The translations under genes and the position numbers were made by a program. Positions 42,184-51,700 of a stretch of 64,000 nucleotides of DNA are shown here, piece after piece (position 1 is the stretch's first letter; every line of letters starts with the position of its first letter). The notes beneath the pieces were generated by a model that was not told the DNA's origin, searched no databases, and saw only the letters and a list, made by a program, of their open reading frames with translations. Source of the DNA: Candidatus Dormiibacterota bacterium (GTDB lineage Bacteria; Chloroflexota; Dormibacteria; Aeolococcales; Bog-877); NCBI GenBank assembly GCA_035534695.1, contig DATLRN010000043.1, forward strand, positions 31 through 64,030, given 5' to 3'.

Positions 42184-43221
42184 TCATAGCTGAAAGACGG
42201 GCCGGATCTCGCCGACTGCTGTGCCCACCCAGTTGGTCACCGGCTCGTCTACCAACTTGGCGAGGGACTCGGGAAGGGGGTCATCCAGCGCTCCTAGCTG
42301 CTGCAAGGAGCGCAGGGCGATCTGGGGAAGGCCAACTGCTGCGCCTGCTTCCAGTTTGATCACCAGTGCCCAGCTCCCGTCGCGGGCGACGGCGCCGAAG
42401 ATCGCGGCAGCACCTCCCTTGGATACCAACCTGTTCCCGGCAGCGCCGATCAGAGCCGTGTCGAAGGAGGTGGTCCCGCCGACCAGCCATGGGTGCTCTG
42501 CCATGGCCCCCTGGCAGCGCTGGATCGCCGGGTCGGATCGGGTTCCCCGGACCAGGGCGCCGGCGAAGTCCTGGAGCGACAGGCCGAAGCTGGGAAGTCC
42601 ACAACCGTCGATCCCATAGGGCATTTCCGCGGGGTCCAGATTGGCATAGCCCCCGAGTCGCTCGGCGATCTCAATCTGGAGGGGGTGATCGCGCTTCAGG
42701 TACGAGTCCCGGGGCCAGTCCCGGTGCACGCAGGTGGCCAGCATGGCGGCATGCTTTCCCGAGCAGTTGTTATGCAGCTGCGTTGGGGTGCCCCCGCTGC
42801 GCAGCAACTCGGCAGCGGCATCTGGATTGCTGGGAGGGTGGATACCGCAGCGAAGCGCGCTCTCGTCGAGCCCGGCCGTGGCCAGGATTCGTTGCGCCGC
42901 CGCCACGTGGCCAGGCTCCCCTTGGTGCGATGCGCAGCCAATGGCGACACTGTCACTGCCCAGATGGAACGCGTCGACTGTGCCTGAGGCCACGAAGCTC
43001 GCTGTTTGGAAGGGCTTGGAGGCGCTCCGGAGGGTGCTCACCGTGCCCGGATTCCCCAGCTGTCGGGACAGAACCCCTCGCTCATCCACGAACACCAGGT
43101 GGCCCCGGATGACCCCTTCCACGATTTCGCCGCGGCGGACCTCCGCCAGCCGGGCCGGCTCCCCCGACAATACGCTTGGCAAGGTCGGCTCCCCCGTGAG
43201 TAGCTCTCTGATCCCGAGCAA
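42184..43221 (-). CDS. L-asparaginase II-family protein
   Basis: LRSASKPFQTASFV...GCASHQGEPGHV...LHNNCSGKHAAMLATC. Confidence 0.8.
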   Translation of the reverse strand: MLGIRELLTGEPTLPSVLSGEPARLAEVRRGEIVEGVIRGHLVFVDERGVLSRQLGNPGTVSTLRSASKPFQTASFVASGTVDAFHLGSDSVAIGCASHQGEPGHVAAAQRILATAGLDESALRCGIHPPSNPDAAAELLRSGGTPTQLHNNCSGKHAAMLATCVHRDWPRDSYLKRDHPLQIEIAERLGGYANLDPAEMPYGIDGCGLPSFGLSLQDFAGALVRGTRSDPAIQRCQGAMAEHPWLVGGTTSFDTALIGAAGNRLVSKGGAAAIFGAVARDGSWALVIKLEAGAAVGLPQIALRSLQQLGALDDPLPESLAKLVDEPVTNWVGTAVGEIRPVFQL

Positions 43222-43305
43222 GGCCCAGACAGGTGGGTGGATTTAGTCTACGTAGCCGCGGAGGCCGACTCCGAGCCCGCCGGTACCTGTAGGGAGGACC
43301 CATCG

Positions 43306-44058
43306 GTGAAGCGTTTCCAGGATCAGGTGGCTCTGGTGACCGGCGGCGGCCAGGGGATTGGCGCGGCCACCGTGCGCCGCTTCGCCCAAGAGGGGGCCCA
43401 GGTGGTCGTCGCCGACCTCAACGGAGAGCGCGCCCAGGCGGTGGCGGCCGAGGTCGGAAGCGAGGCCTTCGCTATCACCTGCGATGTCGGGGAGGAGAGC
43501 GGCGTCGAGGCTATGGTGGCGGGGGCACTGGAGCGCTTCGGTGCGATCGACATCCTGGTCAGCAACGCCGGCGTGACCAGGGACAACCTGCTCCACAAGA
43601 TGAGCCTCGCCGAATGGGATCAAGTTCTCCAGGTGCATACCCGGGGAGCCTTCCTCTGCTCTCGGGCGGTCGCTCGCAACATGGTTTCCCGGCAGCACGG
43701 GAAGATGGTCTTTCTCTCGTCCACCTCGGCCCTGGGCAACCGGGGCCAGGCCAACTACGCCACCGCCAAGGCCGGCCTCCAGGGGCTGACCCGGACCCTG
43801 GCCCTGGAGCTGGGCAAGTTTCAGATCAACGTCAATTCTGTGGCTCCGGGCTTTGTCGACACGGCGATGACCAGAGCGGTGGCGGAGCGGCTGCACGTCC
43901 CTCTGGAGGAATTCCTGCGAGACGCGGCCAGTCGTATCCCGTTGGGCCGGCTGGGCCAGCCCGAGGACATCGCCTCCGTGATCGCTTTTCTCTGTTCCGA
44001 GGACGCCGCCTACGTCAGCGGACAGGTGCTCTACGTCAACGGGGGGAGGCCGAGCTGA
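43306..44058 (+). CDS. 3-oxoacyl-ACP reductase (SDR, FabG-like)
   Basis: VALVTGGGQGIGAA, NAGVTRD, YATAKAGLQGL. GTG 43306 is preceded by AGGGAGGA. Confidence 0.9.
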   Translation: MKRFQDQVALVTGGGQGIGAATVRRFAQEGAQVVVADLNGERAQAVAAEVGSEAFAITCDVGEESGVEAMVAGALERFGAIDILVSNAGVTRDNLLHKMSLAEWDQVLQVHTRGAFLCSRAVARNMVSRQHGKMVFLSSTSALGNRGQANYATAKAGLQGLTRTLALELGKFQINVNSVAPGFVDTAMTRAVAERLHVPLEEFLRDAASRIPLGRLGQPEDIASVIAFLCSEDAAYVSGQVLYVNGGRPS

Positions 44059-44068
44059 GTCCGATGGC

Positions 44069-44890
44069 CTAGGAGATCCCCGCAGGAGGGACCCAGTTGG
44101 GGGGCCGTCGTTCCAGGAAGGCCGACATCCCCTCGCTGGCCTCAGAGCTGACGAAGAGCTTGGCCGAAAGCTCGGCCATGGCGGAGAACGCTGCTTCCCG
44201 GCGCATACCAGGCACATCGGCGAGGATTTGCTTGGTGGTGGCCAGGGCGTTGGGGTGGGCCAGCAGGAGCTGACTGACGACCAGTTCCACGGCTGCGCCC
44301 AGCTCCTGTTCTGAGACCACGTGGGCGACCAGGCCCATGGCCAAGGCCTCGGCGGCACCGAGGGTGGCTCCGGTCAGAAAGAGTCTGGCTGCCGCACTCC
44401 GGCCGACCTTGGGCAGCACCACGACAGAGAGCACTGCCGGTGCTAACCCGAGCCGGACCTCGCCAGTTGCAAAGGTTGCCGTCTCGGCGGCGATGGCGAT
44501 GTCACAAGCGGCCACCAGGCCCACTCCCCCCGCCCGGACGGCTCCCCCCACGGCGCAGACGACGGGCTTGGGGCAGTCGAGGAGGAGCCGGAAGAGAGGC
44601 ACCAGGGCGCCCACCCCAGGGGCCGGCCGCCCCTCGGCGACACCGGCGGTTTGCTCACGCAGATCCGCACCGGCGCAGAAGGCAGGCCCGGTATGACCGA
44701 GGACGATGACCCGGACTTGAGGGTCGCTCTGAGCCCGCTCGATTTCCTGGGTGAGAGCCAGCAACATGGCGGCTGAGAGGGCGTTGCGGTTGCTGGGCGA
44801 GTCCAGTTGCAAGCGGGCCACCGCCCCGGAGAACTCCGACCGCACTGGGCTTGTCTGCATCTCCAATCCTCCCAGCTGGTTCTCAGCCAC
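44069..44890 (-). CDS. Enoyl-CoA hydratase/isomerase
   Basis: NRNALSAAMLLAL...VIVLGHTGPAFCAGADL...VCAVGGAVRAGGVGL. Confidence 0.9.
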   Translation of the reverse strand: MAENQLGGLEMQTSPVRSEFSGAVARLQLDSPSNRNALSAAMLLALTQEIERAQSDPQVRVIVLGHTGPAFCAGADLREQTAGVAEGRPAPGVGALVPLFRLLLDCPKPVVCAVGGAVRAGGVGLVAACDIAIAAETATFATGEVRLGLAPAVLSVVVLPKVGRSAAARLFLTGATLGAAEALAMGLVAHVVSEQELGAAVELVVSQLLLAHPNALATTKQILADVPGMRREAAFSAMAELSAKLFVSSEASEGMSAFLERRPPNWVPPAGIS

Positions 44891-45006
44891 TTCTGCCGTG
44901 GCTGCGCTACCTTATCTCCAAGGTGGGAACGGATGGCCTCGCCCGGCGCGGAAGCGCAACTTGAATATTGTCCCAGCCCGTGAAGGGGAGTCAGAGTGAG
45001 GTGCGC

Positions 45007-46074
45007 ATGAGACGGCTGACCTGGGGTGCCGTGCCCGCTCTGCTGGCGCTGGCTCTTCTTTTGGCCAGTTGTGGGGTGGCGGGCACCGGCGGCAACGCTC
45101 CCAAGGTGGCCAAGATTCCATCTCTGAAGCTGTCCCCAACCGCCCTCTCCCAGTCCCTTCTGGCGCTGCAGCAGGCCTACGTGGATCTCTACAAGAACGT
45201 CAGCCCGTCGGTGGTTCAGATCTCCACCAAGGCGGACCTCGGTTCCGGGATCGTCTTCAACTCCCAGGGCGACATCGTCACCAACAACCACGTTGCCAAT
45301 GGCTACAAGACCTTCGAGGTGACGTTGGCCAACGGCAAGCAGTACCCAGGAACTCTGGTCAACAACTTTTCGCCAGATGACCTGGCGGTGATCCACATCG
45401 ACGCCAGCGGGCTGCACCCGGCCACTTTCGCCGACTCTTCGCAGCTGGAGGTGGGCGACATCGTGATGGCCATCGGTAATCCCCTCGGCTTCCAGAGCAG
45501 CGCTACCGACGGGATCATCAGCGCCGTCGGCCGAACCGTCAGCGAGCCCAACGGAGTGACCCTGCCCGACGTCATTCAGACCTCGGCTCCCATCAATCCG
45601 GGCAACAGTGGGGGAGCGCTGGTCGACCTCCAAGGACAGGTGGTGGGAATCCCCACCCTGGCCGCTGTCGACCAGGAACTGGGCGGATCGCAAGCCTCGG
45701 GAATCGGTTTCGCCATCCCCAGCAGCGTGGTCGCCAATATCGCCGGCCAGATCGTCAAATACGGCAAGGTGCAGACGTCTGATCGATCCTGTCTCGGCAT
45801 CGAGGTCGAGCAGGTGACCGGCTCCAACGGACAGGACGCCGGGGTACTGGTCAGCTCCGTCACCCGTTCTGCAGCGACTGTGGCCGGCCTGAAGGCGCGG
45901 GACGTGATCACTGCCCTGAACGGCCAACCCACCCTGGCGGTGCAGGAGCTCACCGACGCCTTGGCCAACATCAATCCGGGCAAGACCGTCTCCCTGTCGG
46001 TCACCCACGCCGACGGGTCCAAGGCCACGGTCTCCATCGCCCTGGGGCAGTTGAGTTCGACCGGCTGTGCCTAA
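45007..46074 (+). CDS. HtrA/DegP-family serine protease with PDZ domain, probable lipoprotein
   Basis: Lipobox-like LLLASCG. The catalytic motifs are intact: IVTNNHVANG (His), DDLAVIHI (Asp), NPGNSGGALV (Ser). A C-terminal PDZ domain follows. Confidence 0.9.
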   Translation: MRRLTWGAVPALLALALLLASCGVAGTGGNAPKVAKIPSLKLSPTALSQSLLALQQAYVDLYKNVSPSVVQISTKADLGSGIVFNSQGDIVTNNHVANGYKTFEVTLANGKQYPGTLVNNFSPDDLAVIHIDASGLHPATFADSSQLEVGDIVMAIGNPLGFQSSATDGIISAVGRTVSEPNGVTLPDVIQTSAPINPGNSGGALVDLQGQVVGIPTLAAVDQELGGSQASGIGFAIPSSVVANIAGQIVKYGKVQTSDRSCLGIEVEQVTGSNGQDAGVLVSSVTRSAATVAGLKARDVITALNGQPTLAVQELTDALANINPGKTVSLSVTHADGSKATVSIALGQLSSTGCA

Positions 46075-46474
46075 GGGACCGTTGCCCGCCTCGGTGCGCG
46101 AACTCCTCGAGGCCCCCAACATGGCCACCCTGGCCACCGTAGGTCCGGACGGCGCCCCCCAGGCAACCGTGATCTGGTACGTGATGGAGGGGGATCGCGT
46201 CCTGGTCAACAGCAAGCTGGGCCGGACCAAACCGGCCAACCTCGACCGCGACCCCAGGGTGGCCCTGGCCATCTTCGACCTAGCCACGCCCTATCGCTCG
46301 GTCCAGCTCCGGGGCATGGTCTCTGAGCGGCGGGAGGGGGCGGCGGCGGCGACCGACATCCATCTCCTCAGCCGTCGCTACACCGGCCACGAATACGGCG
46401 AACCGGAGGCCAGGGTCAGCTACCTGATCACGGTCGAATCCTGGTCGACGTGGGGCCTGGACGAGGGCGGCTGA
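46067..46474 (+). CDS. PPOX-class (pyridoxamine 5'-phosphate oxidase-like) probable F420-dependent enzyme
   Basis: LEAPNMATLATVGPDGAPQATVIWYVMEGDRVLVNS...DPRVALAI. Confidence 0.75.
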   Translation: MPKGPLPASVRELLEAPNMATLATVGPDGAPQATVIWYVMEGDRVLVNSKLGRTKPANLDRDPRVALAIFDLATPYRSVQLRGMVSERREGAAAATDIHLLSRRYTGHEYGEPEARVSYLITVESWSTWGLDEGG

Positions 46475-46540
46475 GCGAAGACCGATCGAGGCCGTCCTAA
46501 CATGGCGCCTGGGGCGGGGCCGCAAGGATAAGGAGTCCAA

Positions 46541-46900
46541 ATGTCAGATTCGTCCGACGAGCCGGCTAGCGAGATCGATCCCGACCAGCAGATTGCCTGG
46601 ATCCAAACTCCCTACCATGCCCCGGTCTTTGACCAGGCCGGCCTCGAGTTCGCGACCACGGAATCGCTCCTGGGGGATGAGGCGTCGGACATCTTCCACG
46701 GGCTGGCGGTCAAGATCCACGAAGGCGGCCAGGTAGCTGAGATCGCGGCGCTCCAGATCGACAAGGTGACCCTGACCGGCGTCTACACCAGCATTCCCAC
46801 CGAGCAGGTGCAGAGCCTGCCCCTCTACCAGGAGGAGCGCTGGTTCCACCTGGGTTGGGGCGGTCTCTTCCGTAAGCGCCCCGAGTGGGAGGAGCGGTGA
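46541..46900 (+). CDS. Hypothetical acidic protein
   Basis: Clean 119-aa ORF with an ATG start and GGAG upstream. No family was recognised. Confidence 0.5.
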   Translation: MSDSSDEPASEIDPDQQIAWIQTPYHAPVFDQAGLEFATTESLLGDEASDIFHGLAVKIHEGGQVAEIAALQIDKVTLTGVYTSIPTEQVQSLPLYQEERWFHLGWGGLFRKRPEWEER

Positions 46901-46940
46901 CAGTACGGGGTCACCCGCACTTCACCAGGGGGCTGCCCCG

Positions 46941-48554
46941 GTGAGCAGACTGCTTCGCCCTCGGTACCTGGTCGTTCTGCTAGCGGCCGTTCTGGTGGTG
47001 GCGCTGGGAGTCGGGGCCGGGGTGCTGCTCAGGCCCAAGTCCACGTCCCAAGGCAAGCTGCTGGTGCTGCTGACGGTGGACGTGCCCCTGGCGCAGCACG
47101 CGCGGAGCCAGGAGGAGCGGGCGGTGGGGCTCCGGCTTCTGCCATCCGCCCAGGGCAGTAGCTGGATCAGCGTGACGGTCCCCGTGACCAAGGTCGCTCT
47201 TCCGGGTAACTGGACGGCGCCCAATTCGGACAGCCTCTTCCTGGCCACCGTTCCCGCTCAGGGGTACCGCGCCGCCGAACTCGAGATGCAAGCCACTTCC
47301 GGTCGTCGCCTGGACGACTCCCGAAAACTGGTCATGAAGGTAGCCAAGACCGGGCTGACCCCACTTCTGTTCACCTTCCGAGTGGGTCAGGCGAGCCCGG
47401 CGGGCTCGCCCGCCACGGTCACCGCCGCCGCCGCCTATGGCGGCAACGACGAGGTCAACTTCGGTCTCGAGGTTGCCCAGGGCAAGGTCATGTCGCTGCC
47501 CTCGCTCCCGCTCGTCAACCAAGCAGGTCAGACGGTCTCACTCAACCAGTACCGGGGCAAGGTCTTGATCGTCGCCTCCTTCCTGACCGAGTGCCAGGAG
47601 ACCTGCCCCTTGGTGGCGGCGGCGCTGCTCCAGCTGCAGCATCTCCTCAAGCAGCAGCACCTCCAGAACCAGGTTCAGATCGTTGAGGTGAGCCAAGACC
47701 CCGAGGACGACACTCCGGCCATCCTCACCAAGTACCAGAAGTACTTCTCGCTGCCCTGGCCGCTTCTCACCGGAACTTCAGCCAACGTCAACCAGTTCTG
47801 GTCGCAGCTCAAGGTGCCTCCGGTCCAGGCCCAGGCCTGGGATGGTCCCGCCCCCGTCGACACGTTCACTGGTCAGAAGGAGCCCTACAACCTCATCCAT
47901 GCCTCGGTCGTGGACGTGGTCAACCCTCAGGGCTACGTGGTCTCCGAGCTCGAGGACCAGCCCACCCTCAGCCTGACCACCATTCCGACGGTGATCTACA
48001 AGTACCTCGACGCCCAAGGGCAGCAGGAGGAGAAGGCGGGCGGCTCCTGGACGCCGGAATCGTTGCTCGGCGAGGTCACCCCCATCCTGGAGCGCGACGG
48101 CACCTACACCAAGCTGCCTAACGCCGGCGGGGCGGCCACGGTGGGCAAGCCGGCGCCTGACTTCTCACTGACCAGCTCTGCGGGAGGCAGCGTCGCGCTC
48201 AGCCAAGAGGCGGGACAGCCAGTGCTGATCGACTTCTGGGCCACCTGGTGCACCAACTGCCAGGCCGACATGAAGCTGGTGGCCCAGACCGCCCAGAAGT
48301 ACCGGGCTCAGGGGCTGCGCGTGCTCCTGGTCGACTTCGAAGAGGACCGGGCAACCGCGCTCAAGTTCCTCAAGAAGCTGGGTATCGGCCTGCCCACGCT
48401 CCTGGACCGCAATGGGCAGGTGGCCCAGGACTACGGCGTCCCCGGCCTGCCGGTCGCGGTCTTCACCAACAGGGCAGGCACGGTCACCGCCATCCAGGTG
48501 GGCCAGCTCGATCAAGCCGAGGTGGACCAGGACGTACCCGCCGCCCTGGGTTAG
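46941..48554 (+). CDS. Membrane-anchored three-domain protein: N-terminal beta-sandwich-like domain + SCO1/SenC copper chaperone domain + TlpA/ResA-like thioredoxin domain
   Basis: Signal anchor YLVVLLAAVLVVALGVGAGVLL. SCO motif VLIVASFLTECQETCP (CxxxC at 47592-47606) with a downstream His (NLIHAS). TlpA motif VLIDFWATWCTNCQ (WCxxC at 48246-48260) and GVPGLPVAVF. Confidence 0.8.
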   Translation: MSRLLRPRYLVVLLAAVLVVALGVGAGVLLRPKSTSQGKLLVLLTVDVPLAQHARSQEERAVGLRLLPSAQGSSWISVTVPVTKVALPGNWTAPNSDSLFLATVPAQGYRAAELEMQATSGRRLDDSRKLVMKVAKTGLTPLLFTFRVGQASPAGSPATVTAAAAYGGNDEVNFGLEVAQGKVMSLPSLPLVNQAGQTVSLNQYRGKVLIVASFLTECQETCPLVAAALLQLQHLLKQQHLQNQVQIVEVSQDPEDDTPAILTKYQKYFSLPWPLLTGTSANVNQFWSQLKVPPVQAQAWDGPAPVDTFTGQKEPYNLIHASVVDVVNPQGYVVSELEDQPTLSLTTIPTVIYKYLDAQGQQEEKAGGSWTPESLLGEVTPILERDGTYTKLPNAGGAATVGKPAPDFSLTSSAGGSVALSQEAGQPVLIDFWATWCTNCQADMKLVAQTAQKYRAQGLRVLLVDFEEDRATALKFLKKLGIGLPTLLDRNGQVAQDYGVPGLPVAVFTNRAGTVTAIQVGQLDQAEVDQDVPAALG

Positions 48555-48644
48555 TGAACCAATTTGCTAGTATTTGGTTCGTGGCACTGTTGGGCGAGGC
48601 TCCGCTGGTTCGCCGCGGCACCGTCGCGAGGCGATGTAGGCGTG

Positions 48645-48689
48645 CGCCCGCTGGGCTAGCCGGCTAGCCGAATCCGTCGCCAGCGGGCG
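48645..48689 (+). promoter_or_regulatory. Nested hairpin in the 243-bp leader of the rhodanese gene
   Basis: cgcccgctgg (48645-48654) pairs with ccagcgggcg (48680-48689). The self-complementary gctagccggctagc (48655-48668) lies inside. Confidence 0.4.
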
Positions 48690-48797
48690 ACCGGAGCTTC
48701 TCCGCGAGACGGTAGAGGAGGAACCCCGGAGGACGGTGCGGAGCCCGGTCCATGGCGGCTTGAAGTTGCAATTACCGATCTTTCAAGGGAGAAAAGC

Positions 48798-49649
48798 GTG
48801 AGCGAATATGCCCATCCGGAAGTGCTGGTAACCACCGAATGGCTGGCCCAGCATCTCCAGGACCCCGATCTCAGGATCCTGGATGTGGACGAGGACACCG
48901 AGGCTTATGGCAAGGGCCACATCCCGGGCGCGATCGGGGTCCACTGGCGCAACGACCTGCAGACCCAACTGGAGCGTGACTTCGTCGGTCCCGAGGGCTT
49001 CGCCCAGCTCTTGGACCGCTACGGCATCACCCCGAAGACCAGGGTCATCCTCTACGGTGGCAATAAGAACTGGTTTGCCGCCTATGCCTACTGGTACTTC
49101 AAGTACTACGGCCACGATTCGGTCCAGCTACTCAACGGCGGTCGCAAGAAGTGGGGGCTGGAAGGACGTCCTCTGGTCACTGACGCCCCCAGCGTGACTC
49201 CCACCAGCGGCTACCCGGTGCCCAAGGGCGACGACAGGATCCGCGCCTACCGCGATCAGGTGGCCCAGGAGATCGTCGGCAAGCAGGGCAAGAACCTGGT
49301 CGACGTGCGCTCGCCTGAAGAATACCGTGGCGAATCCATGGCTCCCGCCCACCTACCTCAGGAGGGAGCCCAGCGCGGCGGTCACATCCCGGGAGCTCGC
49401 AACATTCCCTGGAGCAAGGCCGTCGATCCCGATCAGGAGACCTTCCTCAGCGCGGATCAGCTGAGCCAGCTCTACCAGGGCGAAGGGGTCACCCCGGACC
49501 AAGAGGTGGTCGCCTACTGCCGGATCGGGGAGCGCTCGGCGCACACCTGGTTCGTCCTGCGCGAGCTGCTCGGCTACCCCAACGTCCGCAACTACGACGG
49601 TTCCTGGACGGAGTGGGGGAGTTTGGTCAAGGCTCCTATCGAAAAGTGA
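48798..49649 (+). CDS. Thiosulfate/3-mercaptopyruvate sulfurtransferase (tandem rhodanese)
   Basis: VTTEWLAQHLQDPDLRILDV...GHIPGA...; active-site loop YCRIGERSAH. Confidence 0.9.
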   Translation: MSEYAHPEVLVTTEWLAQHLQDPDLRILDVDEDTEAYGKGHIPGAIGVHWRNDLQTQLERDFVGPEGFAQLLDRYGITPKTRVILYGGNKNWFAAYAYWYFKYYGHDSVQLLNGGRKKWGLEGRPLVTDAPSVTPTSGYPVPKGDDRIRAYRDQVAQEIVGKQGKNLVDVRSPEEYRGESMAPAHLPQEGAQRGGHIPGARNIPWSKAVDPDQETFLSADQLSQLYQGEGVTPDQEVVAYCRIGERSAHTWFVLRELLGYPNVRNYDGSWTEWGSLVKAPIEK

Positions 49650-49764
49650 TCTCGGGGCCGGGGGGCGGCCTGCCCCCCCGGCCCATTCGCCGGAGCGCCG
49701 CTGCGCACGCACGCGGTACCTTCATCCGGGTGAGTACTCCATACCGCCGCTCGACAGGGGATCT

Positions 49765-51216
49765 GTGACCGCTGCTGTGGAGGGTGGACCAGGCCTTAGC
49801 GGCGCCCGGGCGTTTCCGACCGAGGAGAGCCACCAGACCCCGGGAGCGATCTCCCCGTATCGGATCGTGCGCACCCTGCGTCTGCGCAACGAGAACCTCC
49901 CCGGTGTCTTGGGCGAGGTGGCCACGGCCATCGGCGGTGCTGGGGCCAACCTGGGCGACATCCGGACCGTGCAGCGGGGTTCCCGTCATGTCGTCCGGGA
50001 CATCGATGTCAGCACCACTGACCTGCACATGCTGGAGGTGGTGCTGGAGCAGATCCGCGAGCTCTCGCACACGACTCTTCTCGACGTTCGTGACGAGGTG
50101 CTCCGAGTCCACCTGGGCGGCAAGCTCAAGGTGATACCCAAGTATCCGGTCCACTCGGTAGCGGATCTGCGCCGCGTCTACACCCCCGGGGTGGCCGAGG
50201 TGTGCCGGCTCATCGCCGCCGACCCCGGGCTGGCCGACCGTTACACCGGGATCAACAACTCGGTGGCGGTGGTCACCGATGGAACCGCGATTCTAGGCCT
50301 GGGCAACATCGGCGCCGTAGCCGGCATGCCGGTGATCGAGGGCAAGTGCGCCCTGCTCGCCCAGATGGTGGGGATCGACGCCTATCCCCTGCTGGTTCGG
50401 CCCGGTCCGTCGGAGGAGATCGTCGACGCCATCGCGCGGATCAGTCCCACCTACGGAGCCATCCAGCTGGAGGACATCGGGGCGCCCCACTGCTTCGAGA
50501 TCGCCCCCGCCCTGCAGGAAAGGGTTGACATCCCGGTCATGCACGACGACCAGCACGGCACCGCCACGGTCGTCCTGGCGGCCCTCCTCCGGGCGGCGAC
50601 CCTGACCGGCCTGGATCTGAGCACCTTGACCGCAGGGATCATCGGCCTGGGGGCGGCCGGCTCGGCCATCGCTCAGCTACTGATGCGCTATCAGGACCGC
50701 CCCGTCCTGGGAACGGGCCGTACCCCCGACTCGGTGGCGCGGCTCGACCTGGCTGGTGGCGAGGCGGTCGAGATGGATGAGCTAATGGCCCGCTCCGACG
50801 TGGTCATCGCGACCACCGCCCAGCCGGGGCTGATCAGGCCCGAGCAGATTCGCCGGGGTCAGATCATCTTCGCCCTCTCCAACCCGCTGCCCGAGATCGA
50901 GCCGGAGAGGGCTATGGACGCCGGCGCCATCCTGGCGGTGGACGGAAGTGTGGTCAACAACCTGCTGGGCTTCCCGGGCCTCTATCGGGGAGCTCTCGAC
51001 ACCAAGTCCCGCCGCTTCAACACCGAGATGTACCTGGCCGCGGCGACTGCGATAGCCCGGCTGGCTCAGGATGACGAGGTGGTCCCCGACTCACTTGATC
51101 CCCGGGTCCACCTGAGTGTGGCCCGGGCGGTGGCCAGAGAGGCGGTCCGGACCGGAGTCGCCCGGGTAGAGCCCCTGCCCGACTACTACGACGAGGGCGA
51201 GCGGGCGGAGAGCTGA
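49765..51216 (+). CDS. NAD(P)-dependent malic enzyme with an N-terminal ACT-like domain
   Basis: VYTPGVAEVC...VAVVTDGTAILGLGNIG...MPVIEGKCALL...AIQLEDIGAPHCFEI...HDDQHGTA. The N-terminal ~90 aa look ACT-like (LRLRNENLPGVLGEVATAIGGAGANLGDI). Confidence 0.9.
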   Translation: MTAAVEGGPGLSGARAFPTEESHQTPGAISPYRIVRTLRLRNENLPGVLGEVATAIGGAGANLGDIRTVQRGSRHVVRDIDVSTTDLHMLEVVLEQIRELSHTTLLDVRDEVLRVHLGGKLKVIPKYPVHSVADLRRVYTPGVAEVCRLIAADPGLADRYTGINNSVAVVTDGTAILGLGNIGAVAGMPVIEGKCALLAQMVGIDAYPLLVRPGPSEEIVDAIARISPTYGAIQLEDIGAPHCFEIAPALQERVDIPVMHDDQHGTATVVLAALLRAATLTGLDLSTLTAGIIGLGAAGSAIAQLLMRYQDRPVLGTGRTPDSVARLDLAGGEAVEMDELMARSDVVIATTAQPGLIRPEQIRRGQIIFALSNPLPEIEPERAMDAGAILAVDGSVVNNLLGFPGLYRGALDTKSRRFNTEMYLAAATAIARLAQDDEVVPDSLDPRVHLSVARAVAREAVRTGVARVEPLPDYYDEGERAES

Positions 51217-51241
51217 ACGCGGAGATCCGTACGATGACCCG

Positions 51242-51700
51242 GTGGTGATCGAGCCTCTAAGGGAAGCTGAGCTAGGCGCTATCAGGCCCCTTCTGGTCGA
51301 CCTGCTCCACGGCGAGCAGGCCCTGGCGGCCACACCGCCCCTGACACGAGAGCAGCTGGAGCGCTCGCTGCCCATAACGGGGCCAACCTTCGTGGGCGAG
51401 AACCACATCTTCGCCGCCCGGGAGGATGGCCGGATTCTGGGCTTCTGCTGGTGCGTGCTGTTCGAGCCCGGCACTGGCCTTGAGGGCGAGGTGGCGGAGC
51501 TCTACGTGGCTCCCGAGGCCCGCGGCCAGGGTGTCGCCTCGAAGCTGATGGAGGAGGCGGTGGCCCTCTTCACCAGGCACCGGGTCACCTTCGCCTGCGT
51601 GTGGACCCGGGAGGCCAACCCGGCGGCGGTCAGCGCCTACCGAAGGGCGGGCTTTCGACCGACCGACCAACTGGTTCTTACCTGGTACCCGCCTTCGTGA
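51242..51700 (+). CDS. GNAT-family N-acetyltransferase
   Basis: LYVAPEARGQGVASKLMEEAV is the acetyl-CoA-binding Q/RxxGxG/A motif, followed by AVSAYRRAGF. Confidence 0.8.
   Translation: MVIEPLREAELGAIRPLLVDLLHGEQALAATPPLTREQLERSLPITGPTFVGENHIFAAREDGRILGFCWCVLFEPGTGLEGEVAELYVAPEARGQGVASKLMEEAVALFTRHRVTFACVWTREANPAAVSAYRRAGFRPTDQLVLTWYPPS

Noticed and set aside
43243-44358. 371-aa ORF on the minus strand
   Set aside because: It is antisense to the FabG-like gene, and its N-terminus is a Pro/Trp/Ser-rich out-of-frame read of the enoyl-CoA hydratase gene on the same strand. This is a shadow ORF.
44443-46287. 614-aa ORF on the minus strand
   Set aside because: It is entirely antisense to the enoyl-CoA hydratase end and the HtrA and PPOX genes, which have strong family motifs. 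Its product is Gly/Arg/Asp/Leu-rich with no motif. This is a typical shadow ORF in high-GC DNA.
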